The notes beneath the pieces are model-generated. The model worked only from the letters and a program-made list of their open reading frames with translations, made no database searches and was not told the DNA's origin. A stretch of DNA of 61,790 nucleotides, the filler included, from Dugesia japonica (Eukaryota): assembly GCA_001938525.1 (NCBI GenBank). It is 6 parts of 6 records of this genome, joined end to end, with 100 filler letters (N's around TTAATTAATTAA, not from the genome) between each part and the next. Parts side by side here need not be neighbours in the genome. Positions count along the whole stretch, not along the records: positions 10,995 to 21,047 come from MQRL01586932.1; positions 21,148 to 33,754 come from MQRL01543369.1; 4 more parts are not named here. One strand, 5' to 3'. The translations under genes and the position numbers were made by a program. The number at the start of each line of letters is the position of its first letter. Position 1 is the stretch's first letter. This document shows positions 14,846 to 26,556 of the stretch, in pieces.

Positions 14846-15899
14846 ATGATTTTCAATTACATTTTAGGAGAAATCAGTAAATTTATCAAATTAACTTAAT
14901 AACATATTTTTCATTGTAAGTTTAGTATTAATATTAATAATAAAGTAATGGTTAAAACACAGTGAGCTACACGCGAATTTTAACGGAATTCTATAAACTC
15001 AAGACTGGAAAACCGTTTACAAAAATGACATACTTTGAACATCGAGCTCTATTAGCACTCAAGGCGGTGTTTCCAGATGTGGGGCAAACGTCTCTTAATG
15101 TGGTAGTAACGATCTGATGCGTAGATTCTTGTGTAGATTGTAAATAATTCTAAAAATTTTTATTTTTAAGATATAATATCATACTAGCTCTTGCACATGT
15201 GTCGTCATAAGAATATTTTTTGACTGTCCACCTTTATCAATTTTGCTATATGGCATATGCAATTAAATTTATTTTTCCCAATATTATTTGGTGCGATATT
15301 TTTCTTATATATTTCTACTTATAATATCAACAATTATGTTATTTATTGTCTTCAATCTTTAATTTGGTAACTAAAAGAATCTATATGTCAAATAACATAC
15401 CGATAATTTGAATGTTAGCAGCTTGATTTAATAATAATTAATTCTCTGGTTTCGAGTATATTTTCAAAGGTCGTGAACCCTAAAAAGTATTATATTATTG
15501 ATAATATCTGTGAGTATGTTTTGAAAAGCGAGTTGAAATTTTTGTGCTTTGGTTGTATTAGTTAAATTCAAAACTTCACAACTCTCCATAAATTTTATTT
15601 ATTATTACAAGTGTATTTGATTAAAATAAAAATTATGTCAAGAATAATGCATAGTATTCAAACAAATGATCTGAGAAATTTTTCAATAAAATAAGAAATA
15701 TTCTACTTTACAAAAAAATTATAAAATATTTTAAAAAATAGGCAAAAAACGATGGCAAATGTTTAATAAAAAATAAGTAAGTAACTCTGTAATATTAAGT
15801 GGTTTTCTAGAACTGCTTTGAAATTTTTTGCATTCCTGGAACATTGTTCTTGCTTGCTGGACTCGGGTCTGAATTCTCTTTTGTTCATAATAGTCCATG

Positions 15900-15984
15900 T
15901 ATGTATAAATTCGGGAGCCAAGGCAGAACCACGGGTTAAGCAGAACCGTGGGTTAACGATGCGTGGGTTAACGGGACTGTACTG
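15900..15984. mobile_element. Tigger-like transposon terminus
   Basis: Repeated GGGTTAA subterminal motifs ending GGGACTGTACTG then TA. Confidence 0.55.
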
Positions 15985-16756
15985 TATTATATTAGATAAT
16001 ACATATAAATTCATAAGAATATTTAGATTGTTATTATGGTAAGAATCGATCTTATAAATTTGGTTTTAATTCTATTTTCAAAGTGAAGAGAATTCGAAAC
16101 CATTTTTGAAAATTTATTAAATCACAAAGACAACAAAATTAATTTTGTTTTTTTAAACAAATGAAAACAAACCAAACATTTCAAATTGAATAATCAAAAT
16201 TGAAACATTTTCAAAAGTTTTAGTTTAACTAAACATTGAATTTAATTTTATTTCAATTTTTTTAATTATTTCAAATTTCCAAATAACATTTTCAGAAATT
16301 TTAATTTATTATTAAATATATTAGTGCGTCCCATAAAAAAATGAGCGTTCCCCGATTTTGTTGACATAATTAATGAATGGCCCCAAGAAGTAAATAACTA
16401 CTTATTGTTTCATATTTAATGTTTATTATCTGATCATTATTATTTATACTATTAAATATTAAAAAAAAAATAACATGAATAAAAGAACCACAATTTTGAT
16501 CTTTTGCTTTTAAATCATTTTTTAAAATAACATTGTTTATTCACTTATTTGACAGATCAATGGTTAAAAATTTTTTTAAAAAAATGATTTTTTTTAATGT
16601 TGACAAACAATTAACTGCGAATATTTTCAATGAATTCAAAATTATAATAATAACAAAAAAATTATTAATAATAACCAATGAAAATTAGATTTAATCAAAT
16701 TAATTTAATTTCAGTTGTTATTTCAAAGTTTATAATCAGAATTTACTGAACTTTTG

Positions 16757-16787
16757 TTCCTGAGGAAGGCATAGCAGAAATATTGAA
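16757..16787 (+). ncRNA. Minimal type I hammerhead ribozyme-like motif (stem II mismatch)
   Basis: TTC-CTGAGGA-A-GGC-ATA-GCA-GAAA-TA-TT-GAA; downstream 16795-16856 is a diverged direct repeat of ~16484-16547. Confidence 0.5.
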
Positions 16788-18527
16788 AAAAAAGAAGAAC
16801 AACAATTTTGGTCTTTTGCTTTCAAAACATTTAAAATAAAATTGTTTATTCACTTAAATATTAATATTGAAATAACTGGATGGGTTAGAAGTAAATATAT
16901 GGAACCTTAAATCCAAATGAAAAAGGGTTGGAAGAGTTCATTCCGTCTACGGTTTTTCTTGAGATTTAGGTCTAGAATTAAATCCAAATTTTCTATTCTT
17001 TTCAAAATATCATCCAGAATCCTTTATCATTGCAACTGTAACATTAGTTAAATTGGATTTATTCTGCATTCCGTATTTCTTAAATCTTTCATTTATTTCA
17101 TCAATCTTATACCAAAGATATCAAATTTGATTTAATTAATGGTTTATCTTTGTCATTTAATTTTGAACCAGAAATAATTGGTTTTTTATTATCATCCAAT
17201 TATTTAGCTAATAAATCCACTATCTTTTGATTGACAAACTTACTATCTAACTTAATAGCTGAATTATATGTTAAATCCTATTTTTAATATTCTAGAATAA
17301 TGTTATAAATAATATTACAATACCTAAACTATAACAATACAAAATAACAAAATACAATAATTACACCTAATTTTGTTTCACATAAAAATCGACATTAAAT
17401 CAAATCACACGAAAAAGAACTATAATTTTTTGAATCGCAATAAATCACATTCGCATAAAAAGCTTGTACAGAAACAAAATTAGGTGTATAATTAGCACCT
17501 AGTGTAAATAAGCAATGTGGTATCTAGGATATGGCCAACATGGTTCCCTCCATAGGCGCTTAATAAAGAGTAGCTTTATTTTTTTCTGAAATTTTGCTAA
17601 ATTTTATCCATTTTAAAGATTCACTACGTAGTAAAAACAATCTAATACAGTTTATACAAAACTTGCGTTAGGTTATGAAAAAGAAACGTTCAAATGCATT
17701 TTGTCGGTCAAATGTGATTTGTTTAAGAAACTGATTTTGATGACATAATCGACAAATTCGCAAGTATTAAAGCAAGAAAAATTAAATGGAAATAAAATAT
17801 CAAATTACAGCTGGATTTGGTTAAATTGTATAATTTATATAGTTTTGATGGTAGTCGCCCTTCTAAATATTTGCTTTAAGGGGCATAAACTCTAACTGCG
17901 GCCCTGGAAATAGGATAACAATTATTTTCTATTTATTATTTGATGAATTCATCAAATATAGTTTATAAGTAAATTTATTAATGTTTAAGAAAATTTCGAT
18001 TAAGTTTTTAAAAATAATTCAATTTACTAGCAAGAAAAACACTCATCATCAATCATTTTTTTAATACTACGTTGGTACGTATTGAAAAACTGAATAATAA
18101 AAGTTTTAATTTTCAAACAAATTTGCGCAACAATTATTTTAATTATTTTCTCCAAATATTTTGAATTTCAACAATTCTATAAATATTTTAATTAAACAAT
18201 TCAAATATCATTCTCAAACAATTTTTTAAAGATTAATTAATTAATATTTTGAAATTAATTCAAATTGGAAGATAGGTAAGTATATTTGTTCAAATAATTT
18301 TTATTTATTTATCATTGTGAGTGTGTTTTGAAAAGCGGGTTGAAATTTTTGTTTGATTGGTGATCATTTTAAAAAAAAAATTTCTATTTAAAAATAGATT
18401 TAAATTATAGATGAAAATTTTACTAGATGAAAATTTTAAATAACGAAAATTTGGTTTTAAATTTTAATGAAAATTAATTAAAAATTAAGATTTTGAATAA
18501 ACGAAAATGTGGTTTTAANATTTTAAA

Positions 18528-21047
18528 ATGACGATTGAAGAATACAGTAAATTCTTTTTAAAATAACTTCAAATAATAATCTAGAAAAGTTTATTAAACG
18601 GTGTGAAATATACTTCGAGGCAAAGAACATCGTTGTTAAGATAGATCAGAAATGTTGGATAACATGTATGCTTCATGAAGATTTAATGGAAGCATTGTGA
18701 AGACATTGAAGAAAGTTAACGGATATCGAGAGTGATTGCGATTAGCTTTTAAGAGCAAGAGAGACGTAATAAAAAATTTACATAATCTTGTAAGCCATCG
18801 ACTTGGGGATGAAGTGCTTTAAGTGTTTTTTTAGAAAAGTGGAAGATTTGATCGATAAATTTTAGCAAATGAAATGCTGACGAAAGAAATACTCTTATCA
18901 AAAATGCTAATAATTTGTGCAGATAGTAAAAAAGCAGAAGAAGAGATTATCCTGCGAAATTAGAGAAAGTAGAAGATATAAATGAAACGCTATCATTAGT
19001 TGAAAAAATTGAAAGAAGAGAACCTATTAACGTAGTAAAGAGTTATGCGTAGGTAACACGGGGCGAACGTACTCGAGAGAGGAGACAAAGAATCGAGGGA
19101 GTTACGAAAAGAACAGAACTACAGTGCTGAACATGCCAAAGTTATGGGCATACAAAAAGAGAGTGTCCAAGTAATTCTCAAGTGGAATGTTGGACTTGCC
19201 ACAAGAAAAGGCATTTAAGTAGAAATTGTCCAGACAAGAAACCACTAAAATGTTTTGGGTGTGGTAAAATTGGTTAAATCAGAAGGATGTGTACAGAATA
19301 TTGTATGCTGTAGATGTAAAAGACCAAATCACAGAACGGAAAAAGTTATTCAAACCTTAATAAACCTAGATTAGAAGAGAGAAGATACTTTTTTAAAAGT
19401 TGACAACAAACAAAATATTGTTGTCGGACCTAACAAATCCATGCCATTCGAGAAGAGGATGATGAGGAGAATGACGAGATATTTTCTGGGAGCATAATAG
19501 ACAATGAAGATCCGAGAAGAGAATACCCAAAAAGGAAGGGCTCCATCAGTAGAGGAATTGGCCGGAGTCATTCATTAAAAAACATGCTGTTTGATTATCC
19601 TTAGGAGGCCGAGAGATGGAATGATATGAACAAAGTTGGAGAATAGGTTTACAGATTCNTAAAAAGAGAAAGTTACAATGATTTGGAAGTTAACAAAGCA
19701 GAAGTCGTAGAAACAATTGAAGATAAACAGAACATAGAAATTTCATATGATAAAATGCAAGGGAGACCTAGCATTTCAATCATGATCAAGTGTGAACAGT
19801 TTGATTGTTTGTTAGATACAGAAGCAAGAATAAATGTAATGAGCATGAAAAGATTTAGTAGACTCGGAGAAAAAATGCTAGAAAAGCGAATAACAATTGT
19901 ATTGCACGAATAACAGCTTATTGGAGACAATTGGAAATATACGTGTGGATGTTGTAATTTCAGAGGTGTGCAAGGAAGTAACATTTATAATAGTAGATAA
20001 ATTAATACCAAATCTAATTGGTGTAGTGCAATTTCAGAATATTTTTGGATATCATCTTTAAAGAATGTGCAGGGTAGACATCAATAATCATCGAGAAAAA
20101 CTTGTTTGCAACATCGAGGCAAAATTTGGTGGGCAGATACAGACGGGTGAACGATTGAGACATGCAATGGAGATTCTAGACATTAACAAAGATCATAGAT
20201 TGACTCCGATTTTTCAAAATAATGAGGATTTATTAATGGCGGATAAATGGGACATTGGATGTACACACTTAACGAAGCATAGAATTATCATTAAAGGAGG
20301 TTCAATCAACATAAAACCATTTCGCTAACCAATGAATCTAGAGGAGAATATTGAAGAGGCCATCAAGAATCTGTATGATAACGGTACCATCCGGAAGTGT
20401 AATTCTCAATGGAATACGCCATTAATCTGCGTTTGTAAAAAGAAAAAAAGAATATACGATTATGCTTAGACTTTAGACACTTCAATGCAATAACAGAAAG
20501 ACAAGCTTTTTCTATGTAAAATGTGGACGAAATGCTGGATGCTTTGAAAGGTACACTGTATTTTTGCTCAATAGACTTAAGGAATGCATATTATCAAGTA
20601 AAACTGATTGAAGATTCTCAAGAAAAGACGACTTTTTCGACCAAACAAGGGCAACTTTGTTTCAATTGAATGCCTTTTGGAATTGCAGCAGCACAAGGTA
20701 CGTTCCATGAAATGATGAATAAAGTGATTGGAAAAATAAAAGGAGCGATGATTTATATAGATGATATTCTCATATTTATGGAAACAAAGGAGTAGCACTA
20801 TGAAATAGTCAATAAAGTATTGACAGAAATTAAGAATGTTGGTCTAAGAGTTAATCAGGAAAAATATCAATTTATGCGAAAGNAGATCAAATTTTTGGGA
20901 CACGTTATCAGTAAAGAAGGTGTCAAAACAGATCCAACTAAAATAGAAGCAATTAAGAACTTTATTAAACCAAAATGGGTAAAAAAGATGAGAAGCTTTT
21001 TGGAAATTTGCAATTACTATCACAAGTTTATTAAAGATTATTCGAAA
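18528..21047 (+). mobile_element. Decayed Ty3/Gypsy LTR retrotransposon (gag, protease, RT), cut by scaffold end
   Basis: Several CCHC knuckles at 19125-19330, LLDTEA protease-like site, LCLDFR, MPFG, YIDD (20754-20765), FLGH; many stops. Confidence 0.93.
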
Positions 21048-21221
21048 NNNNNNNNNNNNNNNNNNNNNNNNNNNNNNNNNNNNNNNNNNNNTTAATTAAT
21101 TAANNNNNNNNNNNNNNNNNNNNNNNNNNNNNNNNNNNNNNNNNNNNTAATAATAAATAATAATAAATAATAATAAATAATAATAATAAATAATAATAAT
21201 ATATAATAATAGTATATGAAG

Positions 21222-21430
21222 AACAACCCCAATTCCCCCAGGGTTTGAGGGTGGTGCTGGGGGAATTGGGTTGTTGTTACATGTCACATTTCACAAGGTT
21301 ATATGTCACATTTCACCAGGTTATATGGCACATTTCACAATTCACATTTCATATGCTATAATTCACATTTCACATGTTATAATTCACAATTCTCCAGGTT
21401 ACAATTCTCCAGGTTATAATTCACAATTTA
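21222..21430. repeat. Putative viral terminus: GC-rich hairpin followed by ~21-22 bp iterons
   Basis: 21222-21241 pairs with 21257-21275 (one bulge); then ATGTCACATTTCACAAGGTTAT-type tandem units at 21281-21430. Confidence 0.75.
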
Positions 21431-21475
21431 ATTCTAAAATAAAATTTTTTAATTCTTAAATTTTTTCTATAGAAA

Positions 21476-22186
21476 ATGAGTACTAAGAAAAAAGAAGATA
21501 TTCCACAAGAAAAAGTTGATCTAGTTAAAAAAGTAGATCCACAAGAAATGACTACTGAGAAAAAACCATTACAAGAAATAAGTGCATCAACTATTGTGAA
21601 TTTAATATGTGATATTACTAATATTAGTGAAGCAACAATAGATGAGATAATGAATTATGCAAATTGTGATCTTACAAAAGAAACTGCTGAAGATAATTTA
21701 AATCGACTTAATGGATTATATAAAAATATTGATGGTTTAAATATAACCGATGAAAATAAAAAATTTCTTGAAAAAAGTTCGACTACTTTAATGTCTTTAG
21801 TAACAAATGATCAATGTAAAGGTATAATGATTGAATTTTTAGAAGGTAAACTTGTACATTCTGAAAAAATTATTGATGAATATGAAAAAAGGTTTCAACA
21901 AGAAAGAAATGAACATAATTCTGTTTTAAAGAAACATAATGAAAAACCAAAACCAGAATATGTTGATTTTATTGATTTACGATATGTGCCTAAAAAGAGA
22001 GAAGGAAAAAGACCATATGTAAAATCGGCCGATGTTATTAATTTATATACTAGATTAGAAAGTGATCCCAAAAAACTTTATAGCCTTTCTGTAAATGAAT
22101 ATACTAGTATATCAACTATGGGAAGTAAATCAATTGCATCTGCTGAAGCTAAATTTAAATCTCAAACCCCAAAAAAAGTTAAATAA
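21476..22186 (+). CDS. Viral hypothetical protein, 236 aa, charged/helical
   Basis: Intact ORF, first in the viral gene array; no recognisable motif. Confidence 0.75.
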   Translation: MSTKKKEDIPQEKVDLVKKVDPQEMTTEKKPLQEISASTIVNLICDITNISEATIDEIMNYANCDLTKETAEDNLNRLNGLYKNIDGLNITDENKKFLEKSSTTLMSLVTNDQCKGIMIEFLEGKLVHSEKIIDEYEKRFQQERNEHNSVLKKHNEKPKPEYVDFIDLRYVPKKREGKRPYVKSADVINLYTRLESDPKKLYSLSVNEYTSISTMGSKSIASAEAKFKSQTPKKVK

Positions 22187-22188
22187 AA

Positions 22189-22434
22189 ATGGATAGTGTT
22201 TTTTATAGAATGTTAATTAATTAAAATTTTAAAAATAACTCTATAATAAATTTTTGCAAAATAAATAATCTAAATGAAAAAACTGTTAAGAAATATTTAA
22301 AACAATGGAACATAGAATATAACACTAGAACATGGAATCCATCTAGAAATAATCAAAGAAATTCAAATGGCAGTTTTATATCCGCCATCGATCGTTTTGA
22401 ATGTCAAACTAAAAACCCCATTGTTATTTCTTTA
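22189..22434 (+). pseudogene. Small HTH-like viral ORF with one in-frame stop, running into a gap
   Basis: MDSVFYRMLIN*NFKNNSIINFCKINNLNEKTVKKYLKQW...; begins 2 nt after the upstream stop; TAA at 22222-22224. Confidence 0.5.
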
Positions 22435-22928
22435 NNNNNNNNNNNNNNNNNNNNNNNNNNNNNNNNNNNNNNNNNNNNNNNNNNNNNNNNNNNNNNNNNN
22501 NNNNNNNNNNNNNNNNNNNNNNNNNNNNNNNNNNNNNNNNNNNNNNNNNNNNNNNNNNNNNNNNNNNNNNNNNNNNNNNNNNNNNNNNNNNNNNNNNNNN
22601 NNNNNNNNNNNNNNNNNNNNNNNNNNNNNNNNNNNNNNNNNNNNNNNNNNNNNNNNCTAAGAAAGTTTCACATACTTATGTTTCATCAGAAGATATAAAA
22701 AAATTTTATGAAAAAATATCAGCTGAACCTAAAAAAACATTACAAGATTATAAAAATCTTTATTCAAAATATTACTTTNNNNNNNNNNNNNNNNNNNNNN
22801 NNNNNNNNNNNNNNNNNNNNNNNNNNNNAGTAAGATAATAGTAAGATAATAGTAAGACCAAAAAAAATACACATGCCCAAAAAATACAACAACCAAAAAA
22901 AACACATGCTAAAATATTTCTTTAATAA

Positions 22929-23084
22929 ATGGATTTAGAAATAATATTTAATACTAAGAAAGTTTCACATACTTATGTTTCATCAGAAGATATAAAAAAA
23001 TTTTATGAAAAAATATCAGCTGAACCTAAAAAAACATTACAAGATTATAAAAATCTTTATTCAAAATATTACTTTATAAAATGA
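22929..23084 (+). CDS. Small viral protein, 51 aa (below the ORF-track cutoff)
   Basis: MDLEIIFNTKKVSHTYVSSEDIKKFYEKISAEPKKTLQDYKNLYSKYYFIK; stop overlaps the MCP start (ATGA). Confidence 0.55.
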   Translation: MDLEIIFNTKKVSHTYVSSEDIKKFYEKISAEPKKTLQDYKNLYSKYYFIK

Positions 23085-24621
23085 TAGATTTAGATTATAA
23101 TATTGAATTTCAACATACATCAATTAAAAATGATATTCTAAAGATCTCGCCTTCATCAGGCTCAATTAACAATTTAAATGCCAATGGTGATATTGTATTC
23201 CAGAGTCTTCAATCTACAAATCCATTGGACATTTGCAATGCATTATTATACTTCAGAATTGAAATTAATATTCCAGAAGTAGCAAAAGATAAAATAACTC
23301 TCGAAAATAATTTCTTTCCAAGTTTATTTAAATTAATGAGATTAACCCTAGGCTCTACACATATTGAAACAATTAATGATCCAGGTTTTATCTCAACAAT
23401 GTTAAATTTCATCACAACAACTGAGACTTATAAAAAGGAATATGGTCAATTATCAGGTTGGATACCAGACATAAATCAAGGTGACACTGAAGTAAAATCA
23501 TGGGAAAGTAACCTTGGCTATTATAACAGAAAGAAACTTTATAAATCTAATAAATTTGAAGGTTATTTTCAGTTAAGAAATTTATTTGGCTTTTTCCAAA
23601 ATTATAATCGTCTATTATACAATACGATGATAGAATTTACATGCAACCGTCAATTAGAAGATAAATTAATATTCTATNNNNNNNNNNNNNNNNNNNNNNN
23701 NNNNNNNNNNNNNNNNNNNNNNNNNNNTATAAATCTAATAAATTTGAAGGTTATTTTCAGTTAAGAAATTTATTTGGCTTTTTCCAAAATTATAATCGTC
23801 TTTTATACAATACGATGATAGAATTTACATGCAACCGTCAATTAGAAGATAAATTAATATTCTATTATGAAAAAGATTCTTCCGCAACATTGAAACTTTT
23901 AACTCTCGAACTTCACATTCCAGAATCGCGATTATTACCAAGAAAAGAATTAATTCTACTAGAACGCATATCAACAAATAAACCAATTAAAGTTTCATTT
24001 TTAAATCGTCTTTCCGCGAAATCAAATCTTGACTCCGGCGGTTATTATTCAATTAAAATTAGCTCTTTAGCATATCAACCTAGATATATTTTAATTTNCT
24101 TTAAAGATCCAGAAAATTCATATCAAAAGTATAATAATTTATTTATACAAAGTACATATACAACCAAAAAAGAAAAAGTTAAAGAAAAAGTTAAAGAAGG
24201 AGATAAAGATGTAGAAAAAGAAGTTGAAAAAGAAGTAAAAGAATATAAATGTATAAAAGGTATCCAGTTACAATTAAACAATACTTATTATCCAATCAAC
24301 GAATTAAAGTTTGACATGAGAAATAATGAAATGGCATATCCTTATTCTCAATATATAAAATGTTGTCATGAATTCCTAACAGAACCACAATTATCATTAA
24401 TGGACTATAAAAATTTATATCCACTGTTCTGTTTCGATACAACAGCTCACGATGATAAAATGAATATTAATAATGTCGATGTCACACTTCATATTACAAA
24501 AGATTCAGAATTTCGTGGAACACTTTACTGGTGCATTCTTGAAGAGAAACATGTTGAAATGAAACTTGCTAATAATAAAATTGTTTTAGTTGAAAATATG
24601 AGAGGACTTGATATAAAATAA
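23081..24621 (+). CDS. Major capsid protein (double jelly-roll, Polinton PY/hexon-like); split only by a gap-associated duplication
   Basis: NNFFPSLF...IETINDPG, QPRYILIxF, LNNTYYP, YKNLYPLFCFD motifs; 23540-23677 repeated at 23728-23865 across the N gap. Confidence 0.88.
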
Positions 24622-24630
24622 ATATAAGAA

Positions 24631-25986
24631 ATGTCCTCTAAAAAGTTTATCTGTGATTATTGTGGTAAAATATTATTAAAAAAAAATAAATCTCGACATT
24701 TAGATTTATGTATTAACAAAGCACACAAAAAACCACAAGGGCAACAAGGGGGAGATTTACAAAATTCAAGTGTAATATCTAAATTATTAAAACCAATAAC
24801 TACAGAGAAATATCCAGGTGAACGTCATTTATTCCGTCATAATTACACTGGCCCTGGCACTAGATTAGATATCCGACTTGAAGAAGATGCCGAAGGAAAT
24901 TTAGTTCCACGTGAAGGTGAAGAACCTATTAATCAAGTTGATGCAGCTGCATTAAAACATGACATCTCCTATAATTCAGAAGATATCCGTGATCGCCATA
25001 TTGCAGATGTAAATTTAATACATGATCTTAATAATATTGAAAATCCTAGTCTCCAAGAGAAATTTCAGAGAGCCCTTGTAAAATTGGCTATGAAAGGTAA
25101 GATAATGATAGGCCAGGGTCAGAAAAACCACAAGGCCAACAAAAAAGCATTAAGAAAAACTATAATTAAGAAAGAAGAATCTGATGATGAAATTGATCCA
25201 GGAGAAATTAAAAGTAAAGAACTACATAAAGAATATAGAAAACCTAAACATTTTAGAAAAGTCATTGTTCATCATAAAGATGACATTTGGTCAGCCGATC
25301 TCATCTTCCAAGGCACAGAACGTAAAGGAAAACATGTAATTTTAACAGTTATAGATCTTTATACGCGATTCGCATTCATCGAACTCTCTAATAATAAAAC
25401 TGGTCCTAAAGTAACAGAAGCGTTTAAAAGAATCCTTGATAAAAGTTCTAGAACCCCAAAGAAATTATGGGTTGATGAAGGTAAAGAATTTTATAATTCA
25501 ACTTTTAAATCTTTCTGTAAAAATAATAATATTGAAATCTATTCAACTCAAAATCAAGGTAAAGCAGTCGTTATCGAACGTTTCAACCGAACTTTTAAAA
25601 ATAGGCTTTTTAAACATTTTACTTTTTCTGGATCTCAAGATGTAGATTCAGAATTATTAGATAAAATAGTTAATAATTACAATAATCATATACATTCAAG
25701 TATTAACATAACACCTCAAGAAGCAACAATAAATCCAGAAAATATAGAAATCCAAGCACCAAAACCATACACTGAAAAAGTTAAATTTAGAATTGGAGAT
25801 CGCGTAAGAATAATTAAAATTGGAAAAACATTTCCAAAAGGCTACACTTATAAATGGTCAACAAAAGGTTATTTGATAACAAAAATATATCATTACTCGC
25901 CAATAACATATGAAATCTCAAATCTTAACGGTGAAAAGATACTTGGTAGATTCTATACTTCTGAACTTCAAAAAACAGAATTATAA
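24631..25986 (+). CDS. Fusion protein: Zn finger, parvovirus VP1-type phospholipase A2, retroviral-type (rve) integrase
   Basis: CDYC..H...C; HNYTGPG and DAAALKHDISY..RHIAD (PLA2); WSADL, WVDEGKEF, VIERFNRT (D223/D282/E316); C-terminal FRIGDRVRI..KGY..KWS..GRFY..ELQK typical of Maverick integrases. Confidence 0.93.
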   Translation: MSSKKFICDYCGKILLKKNKSRHLDLCINKAHKKPQGQQGGDLQNSSVISKLLKPITTEKYPGERHLFRHNYTGPGTRLDIRLEEDAEGNLVPREGEEPINQVDAAALKHDISYNSEDIRDRHIADVNLIHDLNNIENPSLQEKFQRALVKLAMKGKIMIGQGQKNHKANKKALRKTIIKKEESDDEIDPGEIKSKELHKEYRKPKHFRKVIVHHKDDIWSADLIFQGTERKGKHVILTVIDLYTRFAFIELSNNKTGPKVTEAFKRILDKSSRTPKKLWVDEGKEFYNSTFKSFCKNNNIEIYSTQNQGKAVVIERFNRTFKNRLFKHFTFSGSQDVDSELLDKIVNNYNNHIHSSINITPQEATINPENIEIQAPKPYTEKVKFRIGDRVRIIKIGKTFPKGYTYKWSTKGYLITKIYHYSPITYEISNLNGEKILGRFYTSELQKTEL

Positions 25987-26056
25987 GAAAGCAAACCCAT
26001 AAAGGCCATAAAGGCAGAAGGAGAAGACAGTGTTAGATTAAATTAAATAATATAAA

Positions 26057-26248
26057 ATGAAACAACTTCTGCGAACTAAACACTTCTTCTCCGAACTTGA
26101 AACTATAATTGAAACAATTGAACACTCTTCTGAACTTGAATTATATTATAAAATTTCAGATTTTCAACACTGCTTTATGCGAACTCAACCCGAACCCGAA
26201 CATGATGATATTTTAGATTTCGATGAAGATATTGGAAATGAGAATGAA
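26057..26248 (+). CDS. Acidic viral ORF (N-terminal part only; continues into a gap)
   Basis: MKQLLRTKHFFSELETII...HDDILDFDEDIGNENE, open until the Ns. Confidence 0.5.
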
Positions 26249-26556
26249 NNNNNNNNNNNNNNNNNNNNNNNNNNNNNNNNNNNNNNNNNNNNNNNNNNNN
26301 NNNNNNNNNNNNNNNNNNNNNNNNNNNNNNNNNNNNNNNNNNNNNNNNNNNNNNNNNNNNNNNNNNNNNNNNNNNNNNNNNNNNNNNNNNNNNNNNNNNN
26401 NNNNNNNNNNNNNNNNNNNNNNNNNNNNNNNNNNNNNNNNNNNNNNNNNNNNNNNNNNNNNNNNNNNNNNNNNNNNNNNNNNNNNNNNNNNNNNNNNNNN
26501 NNNNNNNNNNNNNNNNNNNNNNNNNNNNNNNNNNNNNNNNNNNNNNNNNNNNNNCT

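Noticed and set aside
21148-21210. Targeted integration of the virus into (AAT)n
   Set aside because: Most scaffolds here begin at AAT repeats because assemblies break there; no TSD or second end is visible
21281-21430. CRISPR-like array (also considered for 36590-37060)
   Set aside because: Tandem degenerate units without unique spacers; eukaryotic context, no cas genes
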